DNA of 64,000 nt from an uncultured Verrucomicrobiae bacterium (GCA_963757675.1 CAVWTH010000011.1:69682-133681); one strand, 5' to 3'. Shown: positions 9,691 to 18,821, counted from the first letter of the stretch. A program made the numbers and translations. The notes: generated from the letters alone by a model not told the origin.

Positions 9691-10791
9691 TCAGCCGTCC
9701 GTCTGCTCGGACAACCACTCGCGATAAACCCGTGGCGAGATTTCGGACGGTTTAATCTCGCTCCGCCCGCCCCAGAACACGTTTGTGTAAGAAACCGGGA
9801 TATTGCTCGCGCGCAGGTGCTCATCAATCGCGGCTTTATGATCGAGAAGCAATCGCTTGTCGGTCCCATGCGCCACGGCCATGATGTTGACGTTCCTGAA
9901 TTCCGGACCGGCTTCGCGCCAGTAGCAGTGCGTTAAAATGTGATGGCGGCCGACCTCGCCTCCAGTCTCAATTTCGCGGCCCGGCGGCACCGCCCAATGA
10001 AACAGCGCGTTGAATCGCGTGACGCGCACACCGCCGGCGGATGGTTTGACGTGTTCCAGAAACGTTGAGAAACGGCCGACAATCTTTCGCGTGTTCAAAT
10101 CTTCCGCTACGCGACAAAATTCCTCCACGGATACGCCGGCTTCGTTTGCCCGCGCAACCCAAGGCGACGGCTTGATTTCCTCCGGAGTAAATTCGCGCTT
10201 GAGCGCAACCAAAACATTCCACTCGTGCTCGCTCAGTTCGACGAGCTGCACGGGAATCATTTTTGCCGGCTGATCCGCTTTACTTCCCGGCTCAATGGTT
10301 TTCCGGCGAACGTGTCCGACCCCAAGAGTGAAGATTCCTTTCGCCGGCATCAGACGAAAACGCTCCGCGCCAACTTTTTTGATCAGCAATTCGCAATGTG
10401 CTTTCAGGGAAAATCCCTGAGGAACTTTTAAAGTCGTCCAAAGCTTGTAGTCGGACCCGGCGCTAACAGTATCGGTGGAGCGCAGGACCACATGACCGGA
10501 GAACGGATCGCGCTGAAACATCCAGTCGAACGCGGCATCGATCTTATCTTCGGGAACTTTCCACGCCACCAGCGCGCCCTCGGCCAGATTCGTCGCAAGC
10601 AAAGTTTGACGGACCCGGCGAATCGTCCCCGCGCGCAACATGCCGGCGATACGCGCCATTACTACCTCGACACTTACACCCGAACGATTCGCAATCTCTT
10701 CGAACGGTTCGCAAACAAATCCTTCAATCTTGTCTTCCGAAACCGCAAGAATTCTCGCGTTGATCGGATCATCGTGCTCGATTGGCAGCAT
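9691..10791 (-). CDS. fused two-module AsnC/Lrp-type protein resembling siroheme decarboxylase (NirD/L or AhbA/B-like)
   Basis: Two tandem modules, each with an HTH part (..FEEIANRSGVSVEVVMARIAGMLRAGTIRRV.. and ..WVARANEAGVSVEEFCRVAEDLNTRKIVGRF..) followed by an AsnC-like ligand domain. ORF extends to 10857. ATG 10791 is preferred because it avoids overlap with the upstream gene. Confidence 0.5.
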   Translation of the reverse strand: MLPIEHDDPINARILAVSEDKIEGFVCEPFEEIANRSGVSVEVVMARIAGMLRAGTIRRVRQTLLATNLAEGALVAWKVPEDKIDAAFDWMFQRDPFSGHVVLRSTDTVSAGSDYKLWTTLKVPQGFSLKAHCELLIKKVGAERFRLMPAKGIFTLGVGHVRRKTIEPGSKADQPAKMIPVQLVELSEHEWNVLVALKREFTPEEIKPSPWVARANEAGVSVEEFCRVAEDLNTRKIVGRFSTFLEHVKPSAGGVRVTRFNALFHWAVPPGREIETGGEVGRHHILTHCYWREAGPEFRNVNIMAVAHGTDKRLLLDHKAAIDEHLRASNIPVSYTNVFWGGRSEIKPSEISPRVYREWLSEQTDG

Positions 10792-10844
10792 CCTAATTAA
10801 TCCGCCGCGCCGGCAAACTTGTCCAACTGCACGCGCAGCCTTTT

Positions 10845-11522
10845 TCAGATCGCGCAAATAAACACAGCCGCAAAGTGACAGCTAGTTCCGGCGAGCACCA
10901 ATAGATGCCAGACAAAATGGGCATAACGCAGCCGCTCGTTCGCAAAGAATAAAGTGCCCGCTGTGTACGCGATGCCGCCGGCGATTAAGCAAAGCAGGGC
11001 CGACAATGGAATTGCCAGGGCGAGCGGACGTATGAAGATGAGTGCGATCCAGCCGGTTCCGAGGTAGAGAGTCATCGCAAGTTTCCGATGACGCAGAGCG
11101 CCGCGTGTTGTTTTCATGACCACTCCGAAAAGCGCGAGTGCCCAGACGATCCCGAGCATAGTTAACCCGGCAGCACCGCGCAACGGACCCAGGGCAAATG
11201 GCGTATATGTTCCCGCGATCAACAAAAAAATCGCCGAGTGATCTAACACCTGGAGGATGGATTTTACACGCGTCTGCGGCCAGGCGTGATAGACCGTGGA
11301 CCCGAGGTACACGAGCAACATCGTCACGGTAAAAATGCTCGTACCGACAAGAAAAGAGAGGCTGCCATGGTAGGACGCCACCAGAAGCAGAATCGGCGTG
11401 CCGATCACCGCTCCCACGAGTCCAATCCCATGGCTGACACTGTTCGCCAGTTCCTCGCCAGCTGATTGCGTCCGCGATGGCAATGCCGTCGACTCGTCAA
11501 CAACATTCATCGCCCTCATCAT
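10845..11522 (-). CDS. hemolysin III family (PAQR) channel protein
   Basis: EELANSVSHGIGL..STVYHAW..VLDHSAIFLLIAGTYTPF..HFVWHLLVLAGTSCHF with 7 TM helices. Start trimmed from 11645 to the internal MMRAMN. Confidence 0.85.
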   Translation of the reverse strand: MMRAMNVVDESTALPSRTQSAGEELANSVSHGIGLVGAVIGTPILLLVASYHGSLSFLVGTSIFTVTMLLVYLGSTVYHAWPQTRVKSILQVLDHSAIFLLIAGTYTPFALGPLRGAAGLTMLGIVWALALFGVVMKTTRGALRHRKLAMTLYLGTGWIALIFIRPLALAIPLSALLCLIAGGIAYTAGTLFFANERLRYAHFVWHLLVLAGTSCHFAAVFICAI

Positions 11523-11638
11523 GCAACGCGTATCGAGGGATTTTGCAAAGCAAAAAATCGGGCGGACACGCTCGGCGTTGGACGTAGGGTGTTGCCCGCT
11601 TGCCCGCGATTCTTTCGAAGTTGAACGTTTGGACCGAA

Positions 11639-12393
11639 TGATCAAAGCGATCTTTTTCGATGCCGCCGGTACACTTTTTTATCTCACGAAAACCGTCGGC
11701 GATCATTACGCCTACGTCGGTCGCGAGGTAGGATTAGATCTCGATGCGCAGGAACTGGAGCGCGCATTCAAGACAGCATGGCAACAAATGCTACCACGGC
11801 CGCCAAACGACAAACCGCGCGCGGACGACGACAAAGGCTGGTGGCGTCAGCTGGTCGATTGCGTTCTCGACCAGGTCGCGCCCTCGTTGAGCAAATTCGA
11901 TCGGGATAATTTCTTCGAAGTCGCTTACGGACATTTTGCCGAGGCTGGCGTTTGGGAGCTTTATCCGGAAGTTCCCGGCGTTCTCGAGAAATTACGTTCT
12001 CGTTTTCAGCTCGCCGTGATTTCAAATTTCGACGGGCGCTTGCGATTTATTCTTCAACACCTTGGAATCTCGAAATATTTTGCCCACACATTCATCTCCA
12101 GCGAGCTAGGCGCAGACAAACCGGATCCGGAAATGTTCCGACGCGCTCTGAAGGTCATCAATTTGAAACCAGATGAGGTCCTTCACGTTGGCGATGATCC
12201 AGAACGCGATTGGCAAGCAGCCAGCGCGGCTGGTTTGTCGGTGTTTCGATTAGACCGACCCCGAAATTCTCTCCGCGATTTGCTCAACTTTGCCGCTGTG
12301 GGCAGCGCGCGCATCTCGCAGAGAGCTAAATTGGGTCGGCCGGGACTCGAACCCGGAACCAACGCCTTAAAAGGGCGCTGCTCTACCGATTGA
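11639..12393 (+). CDS. HAD-superfamily hydrolase, subfamily IA
   Basis: MIKAIFFDAAGTLF (motif I DxD-like) ..VISNFDGR..GADKPDPEMF..LHVGDDPERDW. Start at ATG 11639. The frame has no stop until it has read 63 nt into the antisense tRNA-Lys gene, so the true 3' end is uncertain. Confidence 0.8.
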
Positions 12394-12403
12394 GCTACCG
12401 ACC
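12331..12403 (-). tRNA. tRNA-Lys (anticodon TTT)
   Basis: GGGTCGG-TA-GCTC-AATCGGT-AGAGC-A-GCGCC-CTTTTAA-GGCGT-TGGTT-CCGGG-TTCGAGT-CCCGG-CCGACCC-A, folded by hand. Confidence 0.93.
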
Positions 12404-12443
12404 CGCGCAGGGCTTCACTTTCTAATGCCTGCGAGATTTTTCA

Positions 12444-13112
12444 ATGTACAATGGCACGCCGCCGGACATGATCTCGCACAAACACAAATGCATCTTTGTC
12501 GAAGTACCCAAGACTGGCTCAACGAGCGTCAGGGCCATTCTCGGCAAAGCCTGGAAGCCGCACTTGAACTTGTGGCAGATCAGAAAGCTGATGGAAACGT
12601 CGTGGACCCATTACGGCGGAAGAAAGAACCGGATATTGGCAGCGCTTTATTTACTGCTGCCGGAAGAGCGTCGAAAAAAAACCGGGAGCCGGCAATTCGA
12701 GATCTACTTCAAGTTCGGCTTTGTTCGCAATCCGTGGGACCGGGTTGTATCGCTGTATGAGCGCACGGAAGCGCTACAGCTCAGGAATGAGATGAGCTTC
12801 GAACAATTTGTCGATTGGATCGAGTACAGCAGCGCTACTTGCGTCCACTCCTCTCCGCACCGGTATCAGCTGGACTGGTTCGTCGATCCGAACGGCAACC
12901 TGCTCGCCGATTTTATCGGAAAATTTGAGCGGCTCGATGAAGATTGGGCTTTTGTGGCGCAGAAACTGGGTTTGCAGGAAAAATTGCCGCACCAGAGAGC
13001 GAATCCCCGGCAGCGCCATTACACTGAATACTACACTCAGCGGACAAGGGATATCGTTGCAGTGAAGTTCAAAGTGGATATTGAGCGGTTCGGTTATGAG
13101 TTTGCCGGATAA
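12444..13112 (+). CDS. sulfotransferase family protein
   Basis: HKCIFVEVPKTGSTSVRAILGK (PAPS 5'-phosphosulfate-binding-loop-like) ..FGFVRNPWDRVVSLY. Alternative start at 12468. Confidence 0.7.
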   Translation: MYNGTPPDMISHKHKCIFVEVPKTGSTSVRAILGKAWKPHLNLWQIRKLMETSWTHYGGRKNRILAALYLLLPEERRKKTGSRQFEIYFKFGFVRNPWDRVVSLYERTEALQLRNEMSFEQFVDWIEYSSATCVHSSPHRYQLDWFVDPNGNLLADFIGKFERLDEDWAFVAQKLGLQEKLPHQRANPRQRHYTEYYTQRTRDIVAVKFKVDIERFGYEFAG

Positions 13113-13833
13113 AATAAAAGCGATTGTGCTCACGTGTGACCGCTATCGAGCGATTACGCGACACGTCATTCTTAAATACGAGCAGCTGTGGCCGGATCAC
13201 CCTTTTGTTTTTCATGTTCCATACCAGGAGTTTCGCGGAACCGACACCGATCGAATCAAATACCACCCGGCGCCGGAGGACATTAAAGGAACGGTCTTGC
13301 ATTTGCTGGCGGACATCGACGACGAAGACTGGATTTACTGGTGCGTGGACGACAAGTACCCGATACAACTCCCTACGGACAAGGTCGCCAGCTTGATTTC
13401 GCACGCCATGCGTTCACCGGGAATCGATGGCCTGCTATTCTGCAGATGCCGGGCGCTATTGAGCATCCCCGGGCTCACACTTCACCCTAAGAAAGTGAAA
13501 AATCTGTTCGGCGATGTTTATCTCGAACGTAAAGGTTGGTGGCAAATATGGATCCATCAGCTTATGCGCGCCAAAGTGCTTCGACATCTCTTCAAACATT
13601 TCCCCGATCACATTCCCAGTGCAAAAGCGATGGATGATCTGAAGGACGACGTGCCAAAGCTACCCGAGCACAGGTTATTTGTGACGGAGAAAAACTATGC
13701 AGTCTTTGGCGAAAGCACCCGGCGGGGCATGATCACGCAAAATTGTTACGAGAGTATCGTGGACTCGGGCATTGAGTTGCCGGAATGGTTTCAGCAACCA
13801 AACGGCGAATACGTGACTCTCGGAAAATTGTGA
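13096..13833 (+). CDS. hypothetical protein (no family recognised)
   Basis: Coding-like 245-aa ORF with an ATG at 13096 overlapping the sulfotransferase stop. Contains WCVDDKYP, which could be a DxD-like motif. That reading is speculative. Confidence 0.5.
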   Translation: MSLPDKIKAIVLTCDRYRAITRHVILKYEQLWPDHPFVFHVPYQEFRGTDTDRIKYHPAPEDIKGTVLHLLADIDDEDWIYWCVDDKYPIQLPTDKVASLISHAMRSPGIDGLLFCRCRALLSIPGLTLHPKKVKNLFGDVYLERKGWWQIWIHQLMRAKVLRHLFKHFPDHIPSAKAMDDLKDDVPKLPEHRLFVTEKNYAVFGESTRRGMITQNCYESIVDSGIELPEWFQQPNGEYVTLGKL

Positions 13834-13859
13834 GCGAGACGCACACCCCAAACTGCAAA

Positions 13860-14536
13860 ATGTTTGCCCCCGGAAATTTTCTAGACCTCGAACACACGGC
13901 TCATCCGAAACTGTTCGAGAACCAGAATCATGTCTGGGATGCGCTCAAACAGATCGCGAGCTATTTGCAATTTCGGCTCAAACCAGCCGTGTTGGGCGAG
14001 CTAATCGGGAAGCCATTCATCAGCAATCGCGTGTTCATTGGCAGAGGAACGGTCGTTGAGCAGGGCGCGGTACTGAAAGGGCCGGCGTGGATCGGCGAGA
14101 ATTGCCAGATTCGCAGTGGTTGCTACGTGCGCGAAAACGTGATTGCGGGTAACGGCGTTGTCATGGGCAACTCGTGCGAATTCAAAAATTGCATTCTTTT
14201 CGACGAAGCGCAGGTGCCGCACTTCAATTACGTCGGCGACTCCATCCTGGGTCATCACGCGCATCTTGGCGCCGGCGTAATTCTCTCAAACGTCAAACTC
14301 GATCATGGCGAGATCGCGGTAATCACGCCCGACGGCGAGTATTCCCACCGGCTTGAAAAAATTCGGCGCGATCATCGGCGACAGAACCGAGATCGGCTGC
14401 AATTCGGTGATCAACCCGGGCTCGGTCATCGGCCGCGATTGCATGATTTACCCCGGCGTAAACTTCCGCGGCGTTGTTGCCGCACGGCGCCAGGGTGAAA
14501 TTGCGGCAGGAACTGCAGGTAATCGAAAAACGCTAA
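13860..14536 (+). pseudogene. hexapeptide-repeat (left-handed beta-helix) acyltransferase, GlmU C-terminal-like, with two apparent +1 frame changes
   Basis: The protein continues across three frames: ..VITPDGE / IPTGLKKFGAIIGDRTEIGCNSVINPGSVIGRDCMIYPGVNFRGV / LPHGARVKLRQELQVIEKR*. Breaks are near 14343 and 14475. As written, the ORFs (13785..14498 and 14353..14667) run on into tRNA-Ser. Confidence 0.65.
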
Positions 14537-14560
14537 ACCGCGAGGGCGCTCGAAACAGGA

Positions 14561-14645
14561 CGGATGGGGGGGGATTCGAACCCCCGGTGCCTTTCAGCAC
14601 ACACGCTTTCCAGGCGTGCACAATCAACCACTCTGTCACCCATCC
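14561..14645 (-). tRNA. tRNA-Ser (anticodon GGA)
   Basis: GGATGGG-TG-ACAG..-CACGC-CTGGAAA-GCGTG-long variable arm TGTGCTGAAAGGCAC-C-GGGGG-TTCGAAT-CCCCC-CCCATCC-G. Confidence 0.9.
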
Positions 14646-14679
14646 AAGTTGGAACTCGACATTTTAGCCACAAACGCGC

Positions 14680-14794
14680 TGTAGGGGAAGCTGCAGCTTC
14701 CCGTTTTCTGGATTTGTTGTAGCCGTCGCCCTGTGGGCGACGATCCGTATCGTAAGCGGACCCCAGGGCCGCGCTTCACAGGGAAGCGGCTACA
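14680..14794. repeat. REP cluster: single TGTAGGGG REP plus a 77-nt TGTAGCCG REP doublet
   Basis: 14680-14702 is TGTAG-GGGAAGCTG/CAGCTTCCC, an 18-nt perfect palindrome. 14718-14794 is TGTAGCC-GTCGCC-CTGTG-GGCGAC, a spacer, then GCCGCGCTTC-ACAGG-GAAGCGGCTACA. Confidence 0.75.
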
Positions 14795-14803
14795 GGACGC
14801 CGA

Positions 14804-15619
14804 TCAGAGCTGCAAACGCCGGAACAATTCGTCGAGCGGTAATTGGATGCCGATGTAAAATTCGCCGAAGTCGGCGTATTCGGCGCTGACTGGATCGAAC
14901 CGCATTTTGTAAACGATGGCTTTGATCTGAAACGTGTCGCGCGCGAAGAGCGTCACGCCCCATTCCGCATCGTCGAGGCCGGTGGAACCGGTAATCAACT
15001 GTTTCACTTTGCCGGCGAACTCCCGCCCGACGTTGGCGTGGCCTTTCATCAGTTTGCGGCGTTCATCATACGGCAGCGCGTACCAGTTACGCTGTTCGCC
15101 GCGGCGCTTGCTCATGTTATAAAAACAAACCACCGGCCAATCAGGGAGCGTAGGATAAACCCGCTCTTGTCGATAATGTTTGATCCGGTCACGAAATGTC
15201 GTCAGCGCTTCGCTGAGCTTTCCCGGATCATTGCGGACACTCGCATCGAGTGATTGCGTGTATTCTTCCTCGGTCGTGATGTATTCGCTTTCTTCGGTCA
15301 GCGAGAGATAACTGTAAACCGGTGTGAGCACGTCCGGGCCTAACGAAACGGACAGCCGTTTCTCGATTCTGTTGGCGTTGTGCAAATCCGGCGTAATCAA
15401 CATGAAACCGATGTCGCCCTTTGGCGTCACGACCCCGAGCGTGAGCAACTGCGTCGAATCCATCGCGCGCACTTCCTGGACCAGCGACGACAGATCTGTT
15501 TTCGCAGCATTTTTCTCTTCGCGGCTGAGCAACTGCCATTGGCCGTATTCGACCCGGTAAAACAGGTGCAAACAATGCCAGCCTTCCTCGGGAACGAGCG
15601 CAGTATTCTTATCAGTCAT
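14804..15619 (-). CDS. hemQ: chlorite-dismutase-family protein, HemQ/ChdC-like coproheme decarboxylase
   Basis: GWHCLHLFYRV..FYNMSKRRGEQRNWYALPYDERRKLMKGH..ITGSTGLDDAEWGVTLFA..IVYKMRFDPVSAEYADFGEFYIG. Confidence 0.78.
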   Translation of the reverse strand: MTDKNTALVPEEGWHCLHLFYRVEYGQWQLLSREEKNAAKTDLSSLVQEVRAMDSTQLLTLGVVTPKGDIGFMLITPDLHNANRIEKRLSVSLGPDVLTPVYSYLSLTEESEYITTEEEYTQSLDASVRNDPGKLSEALTTFRDRIKHYRQERVYPTLPDWPVVCFYNMSKRRGEQRNWYALPYDERRKLMKGHANVGREFAGKVKQLITGSTGLDDAEWGVTLFARDTFQIKAIVYKMRFDPVSAEYADFGEFYIGIQLPLDELFRRLQL

Positions 15620-15649
15620 CGCGGTAGTCTCATCCGCAAGGATTGTTGG

Positions 15650-16495
15650 TCAAGAACGGTTGTAGCGAGCGTATCGACCGCGGCGAAGCGCCTCTAATAG
15701 CGCAATTTCTCGCCCGCGGAATCTCAGCGTTTGGGCCTTCGGCAGATGCGCCATGCAATATTCTTCGCCATCACTCGCGACGCGGAAATCCAGATTCGGA
15801 TCGCTTAGCTCGGTGGCGCCACAGACCGCGCAACGATGCAGTGTCTCAGCTGGGCTGCGCGAGTCCGTTTCAAAACGTTTGCGCCGCGTTGAAACATCAC
15901 GGCGATGCCGCGCCTCATGAATGATTTCCGGCCCGAAAAATATGAAGTAGTTCGCGAATGCAGCGACGAGCGCAGCGCGATACGAATTCGGGCCCAGGAC
16001 AAATCCGAACAGCAAGAACGCCGCGAAAATCCACGCCAGCCATTTGATCTTTACCGGCAGAATAAAAAGGATGTAGATGACTTCATCTGGATAAAATCGC
16101 GCGAACGCAAAGAACAGGGACGTGATGAGCATTCCATTGGAAAAATTGCCGCCGAAAAAGAAAGCGGCGACGGTTGTGCCGATCATCCCGATGACGAAAT
16201 ACAGTGTGAACCGGAACGGCCCCCAGGCGCGTTCAAGCCCTTCGCCGATGAACCAGAGAAACCAGAGCGCCAGCACGACCCAAAGGCTTAGGGTCTGCGG
16301 TACGAAGATGTAAGTGACGAGCCGCCAGACTTCGCCGTGGCGGATACGCGCCGGATCGAGATCGAGCGCGAAACGGAAATCAGGATTAAGCCAGATCAGC
16401 CCCCAAACGAGCGCCGTGAGGCCAACAATGATGCGCGTCAGTCCGGGAATGCCGAGAAAACCAAAACGGCGTTCGAGTTTATCCAGCAAGGTCAT
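15650..16495 (-). CDS. rhomboid-like polytopic membrane protein with a C-terminal Cys/His cluster; catalytic motifs not evident
   Basis: GEVWRLVTYIFVP..FIGEGLERAWG matches rhomboid TM1-TM2. I cannot find GxSG or the TM6 His. The C-terminus has HRCAVCG..CMAH. Confidence 0.55.
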   Translation of the reverse strand: MTLLDKLERRFGFLGIPGLTRIIVGLTALVWGLIWLNPDFRFALDLDPARIRHGEVWRLVTYIFVPQTLSLWVVLALWFLWFIGEGLERAWGPFRFTLYFVIGMIGTTVAAFFFGGNFSNGMLITSLFFAFARFYPDEVIYILFILPVKIKWLAWIFAAFLLFGFVLGPNSYRAALVAAFANYFIFFGPEIIHEARHRRDVSTRRKRFETDSRSPAETLHRCAVCGATELSDPNLDFRVASDGEEYCMAHLPKAQTLRFRGREIALLEALRRGRYARYNRS

Positions 16496-16535
16496 CTAGT
16501 TGCGGGACGGTAGAGGTCGGGCGTTTCATTTTCAA

Positions 16536-16591
16536 GGTAGGGGCGGTTCACCTGAACCGCTCTCGGGCGATTGAGGTCAATCGCCCCTACC
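16536..16591. repeat. compact REP doublet (REPIN-like), 56 nt, intergenic
   Basis: GGTAG-GG-GCGGTTCA-CC-TGAACCGC-TCTC-GGGCGATTGA-GG-TCAATCGCCC-CTACC. Confidence 0.8.
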
Positions 16592-16602
16592 TGTGCTAGG
16601 CT

Positions 16603-17724
16603 TTGCGCGTGAGCGAAGCCGCACAAAAACGGACTCCACTTTACGACGAACACGTGCGGCTGGGAGCGAGAATCGTTCCGTTCGCAGGATGGCTGATGCC
16701 GCTGCAATACACCAGCATCGTGGAGGAACACCAGGCAGTGCGAAACAATGTCGGCATTTTCGACATTTCCCATATGGGTCAGTTGATCGCCGATGGATCG
16801 GGCGCTCGCGAATGGCTCAATATCATGCTCACAAACAACGTCGACAAACTCGATGTCGGCGTCGGGCAATACACATTTTTGCTGAGCGAGCGCGGCGGAA
16901 TCATTGATGACCTGATCGTTTATCATATCGCCAAAGAGCAGTTTCTGCTCGTGGTAAACGCGGCGCGTATAGATGAAGATTTTGCCTGGCTGCAAGACCA
17001 TCTCAACGAGGGGCGATCTACTTGTAAACTCACAAATCGCAGCACGAATTTTGGCGGAGTGGCCATTCAAGGTCCGCGCATCGCAGAACTGTTCCATGCT
17101 CTCTTTGGCGCAAATGCCGATCTTCCGTCGCGAAACTCGATTGCCGATTTGCCATTTGATGGGACGACTATGTCCGTCGCGCGGACCGGTTATACCGGCG
17201 AGGATGGCATTGAAGTTTTCTTTCGTACAACGGATGCGGTGAAGTTTTGGAATGCCGTCCTCGAAAAAGGAGAGCCGCTAGGAATCAAGCCGTGTGGCCT
17301 CGGCGCGCGCGACACGTTGCGGCTGGAGATGTGTTATCCCCTCAACGGTTCAGATCTGTCGCCGGAACGAAATCCGATCGAGGCGGGACTCGGTTTCTTC
17401 GTCGATCTGACAAAACCAAACTTTATCGGGCGCGAGGTCTTGTTGAACACAAAGGATACCGGACCGCGCGAAAAACTTGTGCCGTTTCGAATGAAAGAGA
17501 AAGGTCCGCCACCCCGGCCGCACTACGCAGTGTTCCGGGACGCCGAGCGCATAGGTGAAGTGACCAGTGGCACTCTTTCTCCGAGCTTGAACTGGGGCAT
17601 TGGCATGGCGTATGTGTCGTCGGCGCACGCGAAGATCCACGCAGAGATTGAAATCGAAATTCGCGGGCAAAAGTTTGCTGCCACCGTGGAAAAAAAACCG
17701 CTCTACAGAAAACCAGCATCATGA
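16603..17724 (+). CDS. gcvT: glycine cleavage system aminomethyltransferase T
   Basis: TPLYDEHVRLGARIVPFAGWLMPLQY..EEHQAVRNNVGIFDISHMG..ARTGYTGEDGIE..GLGARDTLRLE. Confidence 0.94.
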   Translation: MRVSEAAQKRTPLYDEHVRLGARIVPFAGWLMPLQYTSIVEEHQAVRNNVGIFDISHMGQLIADGSGAREWLNIMLTNNVDKLDVGVGQYTFLLSERGGIIDDLIVYHIAKEQFLLVVNAARIDEDFAWLQDHLNEGRSTCKLTNRSTNFGGVAIQGPRIAELFHALFGANADLPSRNSIADLPFDGTTMSVARTGYTGEDGIEVFFRTTDAVKFWNAVLEKGEPLGIKPCGLGARDTLRLEMCYPLNGSDLSPERNPIEAGLGFFVDLTKPNFIGREVLLNTKDTGPREKLVPFRMKEKGPPPRPHYAVFRDAERIGEVTSGTLSPSLNWGIGMAYVSSAHAKIHAEIEIEIRGQKFAATVEKKPLYRKPAS

Positions 17725-18098
17725 TTATCCCAGACGACCTGCTCTACACCGAGAGCCACGAATGGATTAGACGCGAAGGCGACAACATCCGCGTGGGTAT
17801 CACCGATCACGCTCAATCGGAATTGACCGACATCGTTTATGTCGAGCTGCCGAAAGTCGACCGGCAGGTAAACGCGAAAGAAGCGATCGCCGTTGTCGAA
17901 TCAGTCAAGACGGCGAGCGACATCTACGCGCCGGTGAAAGGCACAGTTGTCGAGGCGAACAAGGCGCTCGAAGCCGATCCGGGACTGATCAATCGCGAAC
18001 CGTACGGCCAGGGTTGGATTTTCGTTCTCAAAATCGACAACGCCGACGAGCTCAAAGCATTCAAGGACGCCGAAGGGTACAAAAAGCAAATTGGTTAG
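17721..18098 (+). CDS. gcvH: glycine cleavage system protein H
   Basis: YTESHEWIR..VGITDHAQSELTDIVYVELP..VESVKTASDIYAPV (lipoyl-Lys motif). ATGA overlap with gcvT. Confidence 0.94.
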   Translation: MIIPDDLLYTESHEWIRREGDNIRVGITDHAQSELTDIVYVELPKVDRQVNAKEAIAVVESVKTASDIYAPVKGTVVEANKALEADPGLINREPYGQGWIFVLKIDNADELKAFKDAEGYKKQIG

Positions 18099-18193
18099 TG
18101 CGTCGATGCAAGAGCGCGATGCCATCGCTGGCGTGGCGACGATACCAGCGCGAATCCTTTTTCCTTCCCTGACGGTGAGAAGCATCCGCTGCG

Positions 18194-18751
18194 ATGACGA
18201 TCAAATACTTCAAGTCGCCAACCGACTTTCGCAAATGGCTAAATAAGAATCACGCGACCACACAAGAATTATGGGTCGGTTATTATAAGAAAAAGTCACA
18301 GCAACCGAGCATCACCTGGCCGGAATCGGTAGATGAAGCGCTCTGTTTTGGATGGATCGACGGGATCCGCAAGAGCGTCGATGAATCACGTTACATCATT
18401 CGATTTACACCGCGGAGACCGGGAAGCATCTGGAGCACCGTCAATATCAAACGCGCAGGCGAACTGGCGGGTAAAGGTTTGATGCAAGCTTCTGGGACGG
18501 CAGCTTTCAATGTACGAAAAGAGAATAAGTCGGGCATTTATTCATACGAACAAAGGAGTGCCGAGCTCGATAGGCCTTACGAAAGAAAGCTGAGGCAAAA
18601 CAAAGCGGCGTGGAATTTCTTTTACGCTCAGACCCCGTCGTATCGAAAAGCAATCGTGTGGTGGATAGTGAGTGCAAAACAGGAAGTGACGCGGCTTAAG
18701 CGCCTGGAAAAGCTGGTAAAGGAATCAGCGACAGGGAAGCGACTCAGATGA
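18194..18751 (+). CDS. YdeI/OmpD-associated family protein
   Basis: F.SPTDFRKWLNKNH..ELWVGYYKK..ITWPESVDEALCFGWIDGIRKS..FTPRRPGSIWS..N. Confidence 0.7.
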   Translation: MTIKYFKSPTDFRKWLNKNHATTQELWVGYYKKKSQQPSITWPESVDEALCFGWIDGIRKSVDESRYIIRFTPRRPGSIWSTVNIKRAGELAGKGLMQASGTAAFNVRKENKSGIYSYEQRSAELDRPYERKLRQNKAAWNFFYAQTPSYRKAIVWWIVSAKQEVTRLKRLEKLVKESATGKRLR

Positions 18752-18821
18752 GAGGGAAGCGTTGCACGCGGCGCCCGTTCGCTTCTCAATCCGCTGAATC
18801 AGCGCAATCGGCGGTTGAATA

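Noticed and set aside
16496-16602. Glycine riboswitch expected upstream of gcvT
   Set aside because: The spacer is occupied by the REP doublet. No GGAGAG...CACCG-type aptamer core is visible.
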